A stretch of 63,287 nucleotides of DNA, the filler included, from Gonapodya sp. JEL0774 (lineage: Eukaryota): the NCBI GenBank assembly GCA_027604505.1. It is 34 parts of 34 records of this genome, joined end to end, with 100 filler letters (N's around TTAATTAATTAA, not from the genome) between each part and the next. Parts side by side here need not be neighbours in the genome. Positions count along the whole stretch, not along the records: positions 1 to 1,773 come from JADIIX010002625.1; positions 1,874 to 3,646 come from JADIIX010002626.1; positions 3,747 to 5,519 come from JADIIX010002627.1; positions 5,620 to 7,391 come from JADIIX010002628.1; positions 7,492 to 9,263 come from JADIIX010002629.1; positions 9,364 to 11,135 come from JADIIX010002630.1; positions 11,236 to 13,007 come from JADIIX010002631.1; 27 more parts are not named here. One strand, written 5' to 3'. Below are positions 1 through 11,753 of this stretch, piece after piece (the first letter of the stretch is position 1; every line of letters begins with the position of its first letter). Below the pieces are notes generated by a model. The model was not told the origin of the DNA. It made no database searches and saw only the letters and a program-made list of their open reading frames with translations. The translations under genes were made by a program, and so were the position numbers.

Positions 1-1039
1 AGTCGATCTTGATATGCTTCCTTGTGAAACGACCGGACGAAGGAATGGAAGAGGTAGCTTTTGAAGAAGAAGGCGATGGAGGAGAGCATTATACCCAAGA
101 AAATGGACGTGAAAGGGTTGCGTTGGCAATCTCCGGTAGAAGGACAGACTGTGCATTTTGAGATATACGATGTTTTCGCGTTGGGACTGGTCCGACTTTC
201 AGAACTCGAAACTCGCCTTGCGAGAGCAGGATCCATATCCACCACGAGTAGTTGATAATGCTCCAAAGGGCGATCGTGATCCATCCTTGCAGACTTTCCA
301 CCAACTCCGTCTTCTCCACATTTTGAAGTCGCCTATCACTCCGCTTCCACGCGGATATGGCGATCCACACCAGGACACGACAACCCGCCATAGAGAATAC
401 AGTGATAGCAAAAAAGAGAGCCCAGAGAGACAACGCGACATTTGCAGGTTTAGCTGCGTCGTTGAATCCGAATTTGGAGACGAAGAATATGGGCAGTAGG
501 ATGAGCGCAGCACCCGAGTTCACGACCACCCAGCGGCCAACAGTAGATAGTTTGCTCCAGAAAGAGAGACATCCAGACTGCTCGGGTTCATCGTCTCCCC
601 AGACGTCGGGTTTGTGCAGCCCATTTGGTGCTGATCGCTCATTCTCCTCTGCCATCCACTCGAACGGCGCACTTTCCTTCCGAGGACCATCGTCACCTAG
701 TGATTCTTTCGGATTGTCCTTGTGTCCGTCAATGGGCTTGTTTGCAAAGTGGGGACTGTTGAACAGGTTGGAACCAACTCGTTGCAGAGTTTGCGACAGG
801 CCGCTTCCAGACGCGCGACGCGACCGCTGACTTGCTGTGCGCTTTCGCTGGTTAGAGATGGATGCTTTAAGAAGATTAGCAGAGCCATCTGCCACCGATT
901 CCTGGTTCATTTGATCCCCATCGTCTTGATCCTCCATCTGCTCATAATCGCCTATTGTTCTGGGTTTGAAAGCAGATCGACCCGGAGAATCAGTGCCACG
1001 ACCTTCGCCAGCACTCAAACGGGATCCGGGCGTGGCCAT
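1..1039 (-). CDS. MscS-like mechanosensitive channel (fungal Msy1/Msy2, plant MSL type), N-terminal part
   Basis: Disordered N-terminus, then TM helices. After a GC-AG intron (149-216) the frame reads IFLGIMLSSIAFFFKSYLFHSFVRSFHKEAYQDR, matching the eukaryotic MscS-like 'SFH..AY.DR' motif. Truncated by window start. Confidence 0.75.
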
Positions 1040-1137
1040 CACTTGTTATGGAGTGTTTGCTCCCGGGAACTTTCACAAGTGCTTAAGCCCATACAATAAA
1101 CGTGACACCTGCATGTTCATCCCGTTCCGCACTCCAA

Positions 1138-1773
1138 ATGAATTACGCATATCAGATATTGCAAGGTCTCCATGGAGCGACGCAAGTCGCTTATGAATGG
1201 CTGCCTACTTTCAAGCCTGGTTTTGATATAACGTCTGAGATTCCCCGTCAGGCTGGGCAAGTTGTTCTGGTGACTGGAGCAAACACCGGGTTGGGCGAGC
1301 GCTCAGCGTTTTATCTAGCCAAGAACGGTGCAACAGTGGTGATGGCGTGCAGATCGAAGGAGAAGGGGGAGAAGGCTGCAGCGAGAATTCGAGCAAATGG
1401 ATTCGCTGGTCCTGTTCACGTTGCAGAACTCGACTTGCAACGATTTGAGTCGGTCATTCAATTCGCTCAATGGTTTAACTCAAAGTACGAGAGGTTGGAT
1501 ATACTGGTGAGCTTAGCCAAGTGCCTTGAATCAGCGGTATCTGGTGTTATAGAATTCCAACGACCATTATTCTCCCTTCTGGAAACCTCCAGATGCTCAA
1601 TGCCGGAATTATGGCACCACCGACATTTTCTTTGACACCAGATGGTTTGGAGGCCCAGTGGCAGGTATGGATGCAAGCTCCTCGTGATCCACGTACTCTG
1701 TCTGCATCTGAGAACAAACATACACCGACAGACGAACCACTTTGCACATTTTCTTCTAACAAAATTGCTTCTC
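1138..1773 (+). CDS. Short-chain dehydrogenase/reductase (retinol dehydrogenase/WWOX-like), partial
   Basis: VVLVTGANTGLG Rossmann motif, MACRS, LDILMLNAGIM and TNHFAHFLLT across introns 1507-1592 and 1665-1731. Confidence 0.93.
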
Positions 1774-1873
1774 NNNNNNNNNNNNNNNNNNNNNNNNNNN
1801 NNNNNNNNNNNNNNNNNTTAATTAATTAANNNNNNNNNNNNNNNNNNNNNNNNNNNNNNNNNNNNNNNNNNNN
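1774..1873. other. Artificial contig-joining spacer N44-TTAATTAATTAA-N44 (first of 33 copies, about every 1.86 kb)
   Basis: Identical 100-bp block with stops in all six frames recurs throughout; intervening contigs shrink monotonically from 1773 to about 1753 bp. Confidence 0.98.
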
Positions 1874-2052
1874 CTTTCAGTGTTTCACCGACTGTTCTTC
1901 AACCCAGCAGATCCTTCTGTACGAGCTCCGACGACACGAACTTCCAGTTCATCCCATCCCTGAACCTAAGAATCCCTAGATGGTTGACAAAATTGGGCCG
2001 CTGGTATGAATAGTAAGGTGAGCTCTCATGACTGCTTGGTGATGTTTTGTGA

Positions 2053-2770
2053 TTGCCGAGTGAGAGTTCTACTTCTTCCTCCATTGGCACGCTCAAACCC
2101 CTCCCCCCTCTCACTCTCCTCCACTCCCGCCTCAGGTGGACCAGTCTTGGCCTCTACCACGATTGGATGACCAAGACGACCAAGACGTACTTGTGTATGC
2201 CCAAAGGACCACCCAACAGTGAGACGGAGACGGGCTTCACCGCTATCTTACATAAACCACCACGCACCCCCCGTTCCCGCAAAGATCACTGCAATGGCTT
2301 GCTTGGTGGTGGGCTTACCTGGAGTGCATGGCATTGCACTCGCCAGGTCCCTGTTTCGCGTGGCAGGTGGGAACGAAGGGGACTACGAAACCTACAAGCC
2401 GCAAGCGGGCATTGTGAACTCGGTCGGTCTCAGGGACATATTGATGGCACATCAGGATAGGAGCAAAGTGGAGCGGGGGAGAAGGGCGTTGGTTACTTTT
2501 AGGTGAGTGTTTTTTCGTTGTGCGAGGTGTAATTGTTCCTCCAACCTTCCTTTCCACCCTCCCCATACGCCTCCCACCTATCCTCCCTGACCAGTTTTGG
2601 CTCAGCCGGCATATTCCTCATCGGCTCCTTGACGCAGGATGCAAAGCTCGTGGCGGTGTACCTCAGGTCCGGGAATATCGTGGTTGTGGGCTGTGGCTGG
2701 AGAGAGTAGAAGGGCAATTCATGGTGGTTGGCGGGGTTTTCCGGTACAGGGAGGAATGTGAGGATTAGGG
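2053..2770 (+). pseudogene. Decayed AlkB homolog 1 (ALKBH1/Abh1-like 2OG-Fe(II) dioxygenase)
   Basis: LRWTSLGLYHDW, YKPQAGIVN, LMAHQDRS (HxD), then after intron 2503-2594 FSFGSAGIFLIG..YLRSGNIVV and, in another frame, GESRRAIHG. At least two frameshifts and a stop at 2707-2709. Confidence 0.8.
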
Positions 2771-3746
2771 GGGAAGGGACGGTGAAAGTTTGAGTCAGTG
2801 CGACATGTGCACTTGAATTCGATGCTCATCATACCGTTCTCTCTCCCATTTTCACCCCTTCCTGTCGCTCCCGGCATTCTCCGCTCCTCTCTATCCGACC
2901 ACGTTTTCCGCGACGCACCATCCGCCCGGAACACGGACTGGGTCCTTTTGGTGGACTTCATGGTCAATGAGCGGGCTGCAGAGAAGAACGGAGGAACGGG
3001 GCAGAGGTTGAATGTGAGTGTGAGGCAGGTGTGGTAGGTTGGGGTTGCAGGAGGGTTACGGTGGTGAAGGAGATGGGCGGATGGGTTAATGCATGAGTCA
3101 ATAGAATTGGTCTGCAGTACTGAACGGAACTGGAGGCTCCTGTCTGTTACGTCTTGCCATATCAGGTTAGCCAGGGCGTGTGGGTACATACAGTGCAGGA
3201 TGCGTCTTCTTGCAGATGCTTGGCGGCGGCAGGCGGTGGAGGGTGAGCCAACAGGCACACGTTCAATGGTGGGTGGAGTCCCCTGTTCCTGTTTTCCATC
3301 TTTGCGGACCAGCGCTAACCTGCCCAGCACCCTCTGCCAACCTCTTAGCTACCTGTGGAACCCGCCCCACTGACCACAGCCCACCATCTCGCCCTCACCC
3401 TCACCCTCGCGGCCCCTGCCCCCGAGTCTCAGAGAAGTGGATTAAGCAGCTGGTCAGGTGGTTGGAGAGGTTTGATAGGATGGATTGCTGTCAGCCACAC
3501 ACGGTGAGTGGAGATGAGGGGAGGGAGGGGATTCTGGGTGGTGGGTGGGCAATCAATGGGCAGACGTGGACGTGAGGTAGAGACGGTGTCCGTCATTTGT
3601 GGGGAATGGGGCGGTGTGAAAGGATGATAGTAGGTGGGAGCCACACNNNNNNNNNNNNNNNNNNNNNNNNNNNNNNNNNNNNNNNNNNNNTTAATTAATT
3701 AANNNNNNNNNNNNNNNNNNNNNNNNNNNNNNNNNNNNNNNNNNNN

Positions 3747-5058
3747 ATATGGTGAAGCTGTTGGAGTGATTGGTTTGTGGTCAGAAGGTCTGTGGAGGGC
3801 TGGAATTTGTCCCCTCCTTACCCCAAAGTGCCCCCATCACAGCCTACATGTCAGATTTGAATCTGTGAGCTTTCTCCCGATGTCTGAATAGAGAAACCAG
3901 ATATGATGAGGCTGTTGGGGTGATTGGTTTGTGCTCAGAAGGTCTGTGGAGAGCTGGAATTTGTCCCCTCCCTACCCCAAAGTGCCCCCAGCACATCCTA
4001 CATGTCAGGATTAGATGTGTGAATCTTCCCCCGATTTCTGAATACAGAAACCATACATGGTGAAGCTGTTGGAGTGATTGGTTTGTGGTCAGAAGCTCTG
4101 TGGAGGGCTGGAATTTGTCCCCTCCCAACCCCAAAGTGCCCCCATTGCAGCTTACTTGTCAGAATTGAATCTGTGAGCTTTCTCCTGATTTCTGAATAGA
4201 GAAACCATATATGGTGAAGCTCCTGGAGTGATTGGTTTGTGCTCAGAAGGTCTGTGGAGAGCTGGAATTTGTCCCCTCCCTACCCCAAAGTGCCCCCATC
4301 ACAGCCTACATGTCAGGATTGGATCTGTGAGCCTTCTCCCGATTTCTGAATACAGAAACCATATATGGTGAAGCTGTTGGAGTGATTGGTTTGTGGTCAG
4401 AAGGTCTGTGGAGGGCTGGAATTTGTCCCCTCCCTACCCCAAAGTGCCCCCATCACAGCCTACATGTCAGGATTGGATGTGTGAGCCTTCTCCCGATTTC
4501 TGAATACAGAAACCATATATGGTGAAGCTGTTGGAGTGATTGGTTTGTGGTCAGAAGGTCTGTGGAGGGCTGGAATTTGTCCCCTCCCTACCCCAAAGTG
4601 CCCCCATCACAGCTTACTTGTCAGAATTGAATCTGTGAGCTTTCTCCCGATTTCTGAATACAGAAACCATATATGGTGAAGCTGTTGGAGTGATTGGTTT
4701 GTGGTCAGAAGGTCTGTGGAGAGCTGGAATTTGTCCCCTCCCTACCCCAAAGTGCCCCCATCACATCCTACATGTCAGGATTAGATGTGTGAACCTTCTC
4801 CCGATTTCTGAATACAGAAACCATATATGGTGAAACGGTTGGAGTGATTGGTTTGTGGTCAGAAGGTCTGTGGAGGGCTGGAATTTGTCCCCTCCTTACC
4901 CCAAAGTGCCCCCATCACAGCCTACATGTCAGGATTGGGTCTGTGAGCCTTCTCCTGATTTCTGAATACAGAAACCATTTATGGGAAAGCTGTTGGAATG
5001 CTTGGTTTGTTCTCAGAGGGCCTGTGGAGGGCTGGAATCTGTCCCTTCCCTACCCACA
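3747..5058. repeat. 154-bp tandem satellite, 8 full units plus a degenerate partial ninth, running off the contig start
   Basis: Unit ATATGGTGAAGCTGTTGGAGTGATTGG... restarts at 3747, 3901, 4055, 4209, 4363, 4517, 4671, 4825 and 4979. Confidence 0.97.
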
Positions 5059-5619
5059 GTCTACAGTTGCATCCAAGATTGTAAACAGCACATGGCTACA
5101 CCCTCCACACCTCCAATATTTTTCCTATCAAAGGGGGAATTTTAAGGTATCATGATATTAATGAAGACTAAGTGAGAAAAAAATTTCATGAGATTTGAAG
5201 ATGTTTGTGGATTTTGGTGTGTGTGCCTGTGCTCCCAAAATGGCACCACCATAAAATGTGGTGTCATAAATGGTGCAGCTGGACATATAAACAGCCAAAT
5301 TTTCCCCACTCCCAAGACATTTTTTTCCATCCATCTGATAAAAGCACAAGTCATTTGCAGGCCCTAAGTAAGTTCTTCATCTTCAAATTTTCTCAAACTT
5401 TCTGAGATGCTTTTTTGGTTACTTTTGAGAAACTCACCTTCTTTCTTTTCTGCTTGGCATGAGGTGATCTGTATCAAGCAATTTTGGTGAGGAATCATGT
5501 AATGTATTTTTTGTGACAGNNNNNNNNNNNNNNNNNNNNNNNNNNNNNNNNNNNNNNNNNNNNTTAATTAATTAANNNNNNNNNNNNNNNNNNNNNNNNN
5601 NNNNNNNNNNNNNNNNNNN

Positions 5620-7337
5620 GAGTACAATCTCCGAAGCACCCTTAACATAGACACGGTAGAAGTACCGGCCCTTTCCCTTATTTTCTGGTTCCGGCGGTTG
5701 TTTTGCCTCGCGATCGATCTTTACCACGGTCGCCATGGACTTGCGTTCCGAGGCAAAGGGGTACACAGTGACGAGTGACTTCCATGAGGCATCACGATAA
5801 GCCTGCAAGGAAAAGTTGTTGGCAAATCTCCTCAAAAACGGATCAGGAGTATGAAGGTACCACCATCGTGCTCACCTTGATATCATTCGTACCACCGAGT
5901 TTCTCAAACCAATCCAACAACGCCACCTCTGTCTTACTCCCTTCAAACGTTCTCGACCCATCTTTCGCGACGCTCTCGAACGCAGAAGAGTTGAGCGCGA
6001 CGCTTTCCATGGTGATGTCGAGGAGCCGTTCTCCGGGGACAGCATGAGGACCTGGCCCGCTTGTGGGTGCGTCGGAGTTCGTTCCGATCGGACGGACGCG
6101 AGCGCGGAGACTTTTGATCTCGTTATCGCCGGAAAAGTGGGAGTGGCGGCCGAGAACTCCCTGAGGAAACACGAGTTGGTGGTTAAAACACTTTTTGGGC
6201 GGATTTCCTGCGCCTGAAGAGCAGCACGAACCTTGACGACCGTCATTTTGTTCTGAGTCAATGTACCAGTCTTGTCTGAACACACCGTGGTGGCTCCACC
6301 CATAGTCTCACAAGCGGCCAACACTCGGACGAGATTGTTATCTTTCAACATTCTCGTCGTGGCGAAAGCGAGAGCCAACGTCACAGCAAGTGGCAGCCCT
6401 TCAGGAACAGCGACGACGACACTGGAAAGGAGGTAGAGGTCAGAGATATGGGAAAATGGACAATGCGTTCGTGCACGTACATGGTGATGCTAGAAATGAC
6501 GATGTTGACGATGGTCGTCAAGACTTCAGTTGCACATTCTTGTGTGGTGCAGTTGGATCCAAAACCCTCGTGTGTGGCGACAGTAATGACGTATTTGAGA
6601 ATCAAGACGATAAGCATACTTTGATATTCCGACACAATAGGTGAGAAGTTGGTTTGGTGACTCAATCAAAAAAAAAAAGCGCTGAAGACACTTACAGGAG
6701 CGCTGCCGATGCTCCAAGCTTCGCGATACTTCCTGCGAGAGCGTCGAGCTTGATTTGAAGGGCTGGAGAAGCAAAACAAGGAAAGGATGATGGAGGTCGC
6801 TGAGTTCCCACAGAATAAAACATAAATTCTCACGTGTGTCTTCAGTTTCAGTCCGGAGACCTGCCAAACAAGGAGCAAACGTGTATCAGGACCGGCATCA
6901 ATCAGGCTGAAGCTATTGATGTGTTGACCACATACCCAACAACGTCTTGCCAAAGTACGAGTGCTCCCCCACCGCGCACACCACACATCGTCCGACCCCT
7001 TCGATAACCTTGGCGCCTGAAATGATGAACAAATCATGCGGACCCTTTTTGACCGCATCGGACTCTCCCGTGGCCGCACTCTCGTCGCACTTGAGGTTCG
7101 AGTACTCAAACAAGACACCGTCGATGGGGACGACCTCGCCAGGGTCCAGGATGTAAATGTCGCCGACGACGACGTCGTAGACAGAGACCAGTTGGGTGGT
7201 GCCGGAGCGGAGGAGCTTGACTTGGCGGTCGTCTTTTTTGGCGTTGAGGGCGCGGAACTGCTTCTCCTTTTGGTAATCGTTGATGGAGCCGGCGAGGACG
7301 ACGATGGTGACGGCTAATATGATGGCAACTCCTTCGA
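5620..7337 (-). CDS. PMC1: P2B-type Ca2+-transporting ATPase (PMC1/PMCA), internal multi-exon fragment
   Basis: [60 protein letters not shown] and VKGASEIVL motifs. Confidence 0.93.
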
Positions 7338-7492
7338 CTGCGGACGAAGTGATAATGCAGGGGTTCGTGCAGAGGTGAATACAGTTTCCTGNNNNNNNNN
7401 NNNNNNNNNNNNNNNNNNNNNNNNNNNNNNNNNNNTTAATTAATTAANNNNNNNNNNNNNNNNNNNNNNNNNNNNNNNNNNNNNNNNNNNNC

Positions 7493-7855
7493 TTGAGTGG
7501 TGTGCTACGCAACGCACCAAACAAACAAGCCCATGAAGAAGATGCACACAAGGGAAGCGAGGAAGACGCGAGGGAGCGGAAGGAGGGGAAGCCCAACAAG
7601 AGGTGGAAGGTACTTCGCAAAGGTGGGCGATTCTGGAGCGATTTCCTGGTGGAATCGGATCCCGAAAGGAAGTTTTATCCAAAACACGCGTTCAAATATC
7701 CAGAAGGGACGCAATTGAGGGAGCGCACAACAAGCTTCCTCCACGATGTGGTGTACGCTGGAGAGGAATGTCCTGAACTGGCAAATGCGTGGCTCCAGAT
7801 CCCGCTAGTGTACAAGCAAGGGTACATACAGTTCATCGGGGAGGACACTCGGTAG
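7493..7855 (+). CDS. Hypothetical protein, C-terminal fragment
   Basis: Frame open from the contig edge for 120 codons; no recognisable motif. Confidence 0.3.
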   Translation: MSGVLRNAPNKQAHEEDAHKGSEEDARERKEGKPNKRWKVLRKGGRFWSDFLVESDPERKFYPKHAFKYPEGTQLRERTTSFLHDVVYAGEECPELANAWLQIPLVYKQGYIQFIGEDTR

Positions 7856-8116
7856 CAAATCCGGTACAAGAAGAAAAGATGAAAGGTTTGATCATAATTA
7901 TGAAGTCCTGATGCTAATGGGTTTGACCAATAATATTCCTTGCGCAATATCGCCTACATTTGACCCCCTGCCGCATAGCTGGTCTTTCAAAGTACATTAG
8001 TAAATGATGCGTTGCAATGACATTTCAATCATTCATTATTCGATTGTCCAAAGTCTAAAGGGTACGGGTCCAAATGTGTCCCAGTACGTAGTAATTGCAG
8101 AAGGCCATTCTTGTAA

Positions 8117-8485
8117 CTAGGTGCGAGCACGTTGAATATCCAACCTTTTGATGATGTTGGATACTGACTGTTGTGTGAGCCGGATATCATACGTGACTTG
8201 CAGCCACTCCGCGGCGCCTGCCTGGGTTCGCGTCAGGTCCTCCCCCATCCAATCGTACATTTCTTCTGCAACTTCCTCCGGCAGGATTCGGCGTGGGCCC
8301 CGGGTTACGTCTTCCAATTGATCTGGTTGGCATTTTCTCCACTCTTTCATCGTCCTCGCAGTCCTTTGATACCGTGCGGCGAGTAGCTGCAGTCGTGCCG
8401 ACACACCAGGGACGTACGGCTGCCCATCCTCGAAGAGTCCGAGAAATTCTCGAATCTGATCCTTCCGGGCAGCGGGGACGACCAC
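8117..8485 (-). mobile_element. Tc1/IS630-like transposase N-terminal HTH remnant
   Basis: RGPRRILPEEVAEEMYDWM..D.TRTQ...AEWLQ..YDIRLTQQSVSNIIKRL resembles the winged HTH of Tc1-type transposases. No in-frame ATG nearby and no DDE domain before the stop. Confidence 0.6.
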
Positions 8486-9028
8486 GGGCCATGAGGATCG
8501 CTGACGTGAAGGAAGAGGACTCGCGTGTCAGTCGTATGACGCAAAAGCAACGTGGAACAATGTTGGTCGTACTCAAATGTCCTCCAAGGCAGGCACAGAC
8601 CGCGCGGATGTTGCTACTGGGATGCTGATTGCAAGGCTCTCGTATTCAGCTGCGGAAAGACGTCCATTTGGAGAAGAAAAACGAGTGGGGAGTGGTTCAG
8701 AAACGGGGTGGGAATCTGGTTGGGTTCGACGCCGGCAACAATTCCACCCGGATGCCACACCTCCCGCATCGGGATATCAATGCTTTCACTTACCGCTTGA
8801 CATCTCTTGATTTTGCGATGTATCCTTGGGCAAATTATCGAGTTTTGGATGTGAATGTTGGGGGTGGTTCTGGTGGAGGCGGGAAGCAGTGATCTTAGGT
8901 CTTCGCAAAAATATAACTACGACACAGTGTCATACCAACCATCGTCCCCCTCTCACAGACTGGTTTCTTGTCACTCCAATCTCCCGTGCCCAATAAGTAC
9001 AGCCGTATATTAATTTCGCCAGGCCCTG

Positions 9029-9263
9029 ATGCCGCCTAAAAGGAACACTGTATCGGCTTACGAACTCTTCGCATCGGAAAACCGGTATGTTGTCGGACTT
9101 TGCGCGGTGCAAGTTGAGCGTTACGAATACCTGATCATTGCAAACAATGCTCCCTCATTGTCAAAGTTCTGTGGTGGCCTCTTCCGTCAAGAAACCAACC
9201 TCAAGCTCCGAAGTTCGGAGCGAGCTGCTGCGACGATGGACCAAAGCGACAGCTGATGAAAAG
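9029..9263 (+). CDS. HMG-box protein, N-terminal fragment
   Basis: Removing intron 9085-9166 gives MPPKRNTVSAYELFASENRSVVASSVKKPTSSSEVRSELLRRWTKATADEK, the canonical HMG-box helix pattern. Confidence 0.8.
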
Positions 9264-10179
9264 NNNNNNNNNNNNNNNNNNNNNNNNNNNNNNNNNNNNN
9301 NNNNNNNTTAATTAATTAANNNNNNNNNNNNNNNNNNNNNNNNNNNNNNNNNNNNNNNNNNNNCTTCCTCCGATTCAGATTCGTATTCCTCTTGGAGAGC
9401 AGGTTCATCGGATTGTGCCAGGAACTGAGCCTTCTGGGCGACCATTTCCTGTTCGAGGAGCTGCTCCTTGAACGCATACGCCGCCAGAGTGGTCTCCTCC
9501 ATCTTCGAGTCCACCCGGTAGAGTGGTTCGTGATTCGCGGGCATCCTGCTGCAACGCTGGAGCCCGAAAAGTGGAATCGATTAGCCCGAATATCAGCGTT
9601 ATCATAGCTGCGCTGGTGTCTATGCACGGGACAGCCCTCGCTCAAGTTTCTGCGCCGTGACATCGGGTGGCGCTTTTACGAACCCCCAGGCTTCAATGTT
9701 TGACAGATCCCTTCTCCACGCCACCAAACCCAGCTCCTTGCAAGGACTGGCCATCGCTCGGTAAAATCGCGCAAAGTCTGCCTTCGCCATGCCCAGATGA
9801 CTCACCCGATGGTTCACCCGAGTATGGATCACGGTGTGGAGAGAAGACAAACACAAAATGGTCCACCTGAAGCAGCTGACTACGGCAAAAGCGTGTTCTG
9901 AAGCGCAGTGGTTGCCTCTGCAGAAGAACTCGCGGTCGTGTGTCGCTTTGAGCTTCAGCACTATGCAGACAAGTGGAAACGGTGACGGTGGATCAACTGG
10001 TTTGTCCGGGGGCAACTGTGGTCACACATGGTGTATTTCAGGCAACTCAGCATTCATTCAAAATGTAGCGGCCATAACTTCTGGCCAAATTCTCGTCCAG
10101 GTCAGTCACAGGAGGAATATCTGATGTGGGGTTCGACTTGTGACTTTCTCATCAGTGTATGAATTGAGGTGCATTCATT

Positions 10180-11135
10180 TTACTCACCCCACTTCAACTC
10201 CGTGCACATCATCTGCATGACCTTATCTGTTCTCGCCCAAATTCGAAGAGCCGCTACATCATCCAGTGGAGTGGGTTGTAAGTTTACAATAACTAGAGGT
10301 TTGTTCGACCGCACGACTTGAAGTGGTACGTCACATGCGGGGCTCACGGTAAGTGAGGTACCCAAGACGAGTCCAAGGTCTGCAGTCCGAGAATTGTGGG
10401 TCGCAGCTACAAGAGCACGTCTCGGCAGTTGGTCCCCTGTTGCCCATCGGGATAATGATGGCAGGTGAAACGAAAAGCCACTGTCAAAACTTAAACTATC
10501 TGAGCGCCAACGTACCGAAGTGAACTATTGAGTCCCGTACACCACCCTTTCCACATGCGGGACAGATCACGTCTCGGTAGGTCTTCTTCCCCGCCTCATT
10601 CCAATTCACTTTTGCACAGCTCCTATAAAATTCCTCCCCACATTTATCGCACTTATCAACATTCAGATTTCCATGAAGTTCTGCTAATTTTACCCGGGGA
10701 ATCCCGCTGCGAAGATGGAGACCGTCCACGTTCTGGGAGACGAGGTAGTGGAGCTTGGAGTGGGCATTCATAGCCACGAGGGCCATATGTGTTGTAGTGG
10801 GTTTTATTGAGTTTAGTGGCGGTACTGGGGGTGGTTTCTCGTGGCGGGCTTCCAGAGTCCTTGACGTGTTGAGAATAGAGAACAGATGTTCGCGTTCGAC
10901 AACACTGCTTGCCAGCTGAAGTCGCCCAAGACTCACCATACTCCCTTGGGGCCTCTGAAGTCCGGAACTCAAAGCAAAGGCCCGTGAGACGCTGACCCTC
11001 TGATTGAATACGGGTAATCTCACTCACTCCCAGCCCTACCAAATCCCACAGTGAAGTAAGAAAGCAGATAGATCACCAGTTAAATAAGGACTCACGCCGT
11101 TGATATTCCAGCCCCTGTGTAAACGACGACTTTGT
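10180..11135 (-). CDS. Class IV sirtuin (SIRT6/SIRT7-like) NAD-dependent deacylase, multi-exon fragment
   Basis: VVYTGAGIST, PTTTHMAL, VSQNVDGLHLRSG, LAELHGN, CxxC...CxxC, GTSL and VIVNLQPTP motifs. Confidence 0.92.
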
Positions 11136-11346
11136 NNNNNNNNNNNNNNNNNNNNNNNNNNNNNNNNNNNNNNNNNNNNTTAATTAATTAANNNNNNNNN
11201 NNNNNNNNNNNNNNNNNNNNNNNNNNNNNNNNNNNGTAATTTTCCTCTTGTGGTGGATGAAAATGGTTCCAGTCAGAGGGTTCTGGTGTGTTTGAACTCC
11301 AAGAAAAACTTCCAGCTTTCCGGATTTCACTTTCAAGTGCTGTGCC

Positions 11347-11621
11347 TGTTGAGATATGGGTGTTTTGACATTTCGGATGGCTCTAGCGCAACAGGGAGTG
11401 GGAATTCGGGAATAATTAATGGAGCGGAATTACTGGCCATAAAATTCTCTACAAGGTTGTCCTTTACAGATTTGTTCTAGCGTTATTGGTTAGTGAGCTA
11501 CACTAGGGAACGTGGATAACTTGGTGTGCACACTTGGGGACGGTGCTATGGTCGTCGGATAAACTAGATTAAGCTTTGTCTGTACGACATGTTCGAACAA
11601 GTGAATTGTAACCGCTCAACA
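11347..11621 (+). mobile_element. 5' LTR (275 bp) of Ty1/copia element A
   Basis: Begins TGTTGAG, ends CTCAACA (7-bp inverted termini), immediately followed by the PBS. Confidence 0.85.
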
Positions 11622-11635
11622 GGTTATGAGCCCGG
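11622..11635 (+). promoter_or_regulatory. Primer-binding site complementary to the tRNA-iMet anticodon arm (half-tRNA priming)
   Basis: GGTTATGAGCCCGG directly after the LTR; the known copia-type PBS form. Confidence 0.85.
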
Positions 11636-11753
11636 CGCCCCAACGCGTCTAGGACATTCTTGAGAAGCTGGAGAGCAAGAGATTGTGGATTTGGGCGAAA
11701 TTGGACATTTACTCTTTCACTATTGAGTTCACACCACATCCCCACACTCAATC

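Noticed and set aside
3747..5058. CRISPR array or coding repeat
   Set aside because: No unique spacers; whole 154-bp units are near-identical and 154 is not a multiple of 3.
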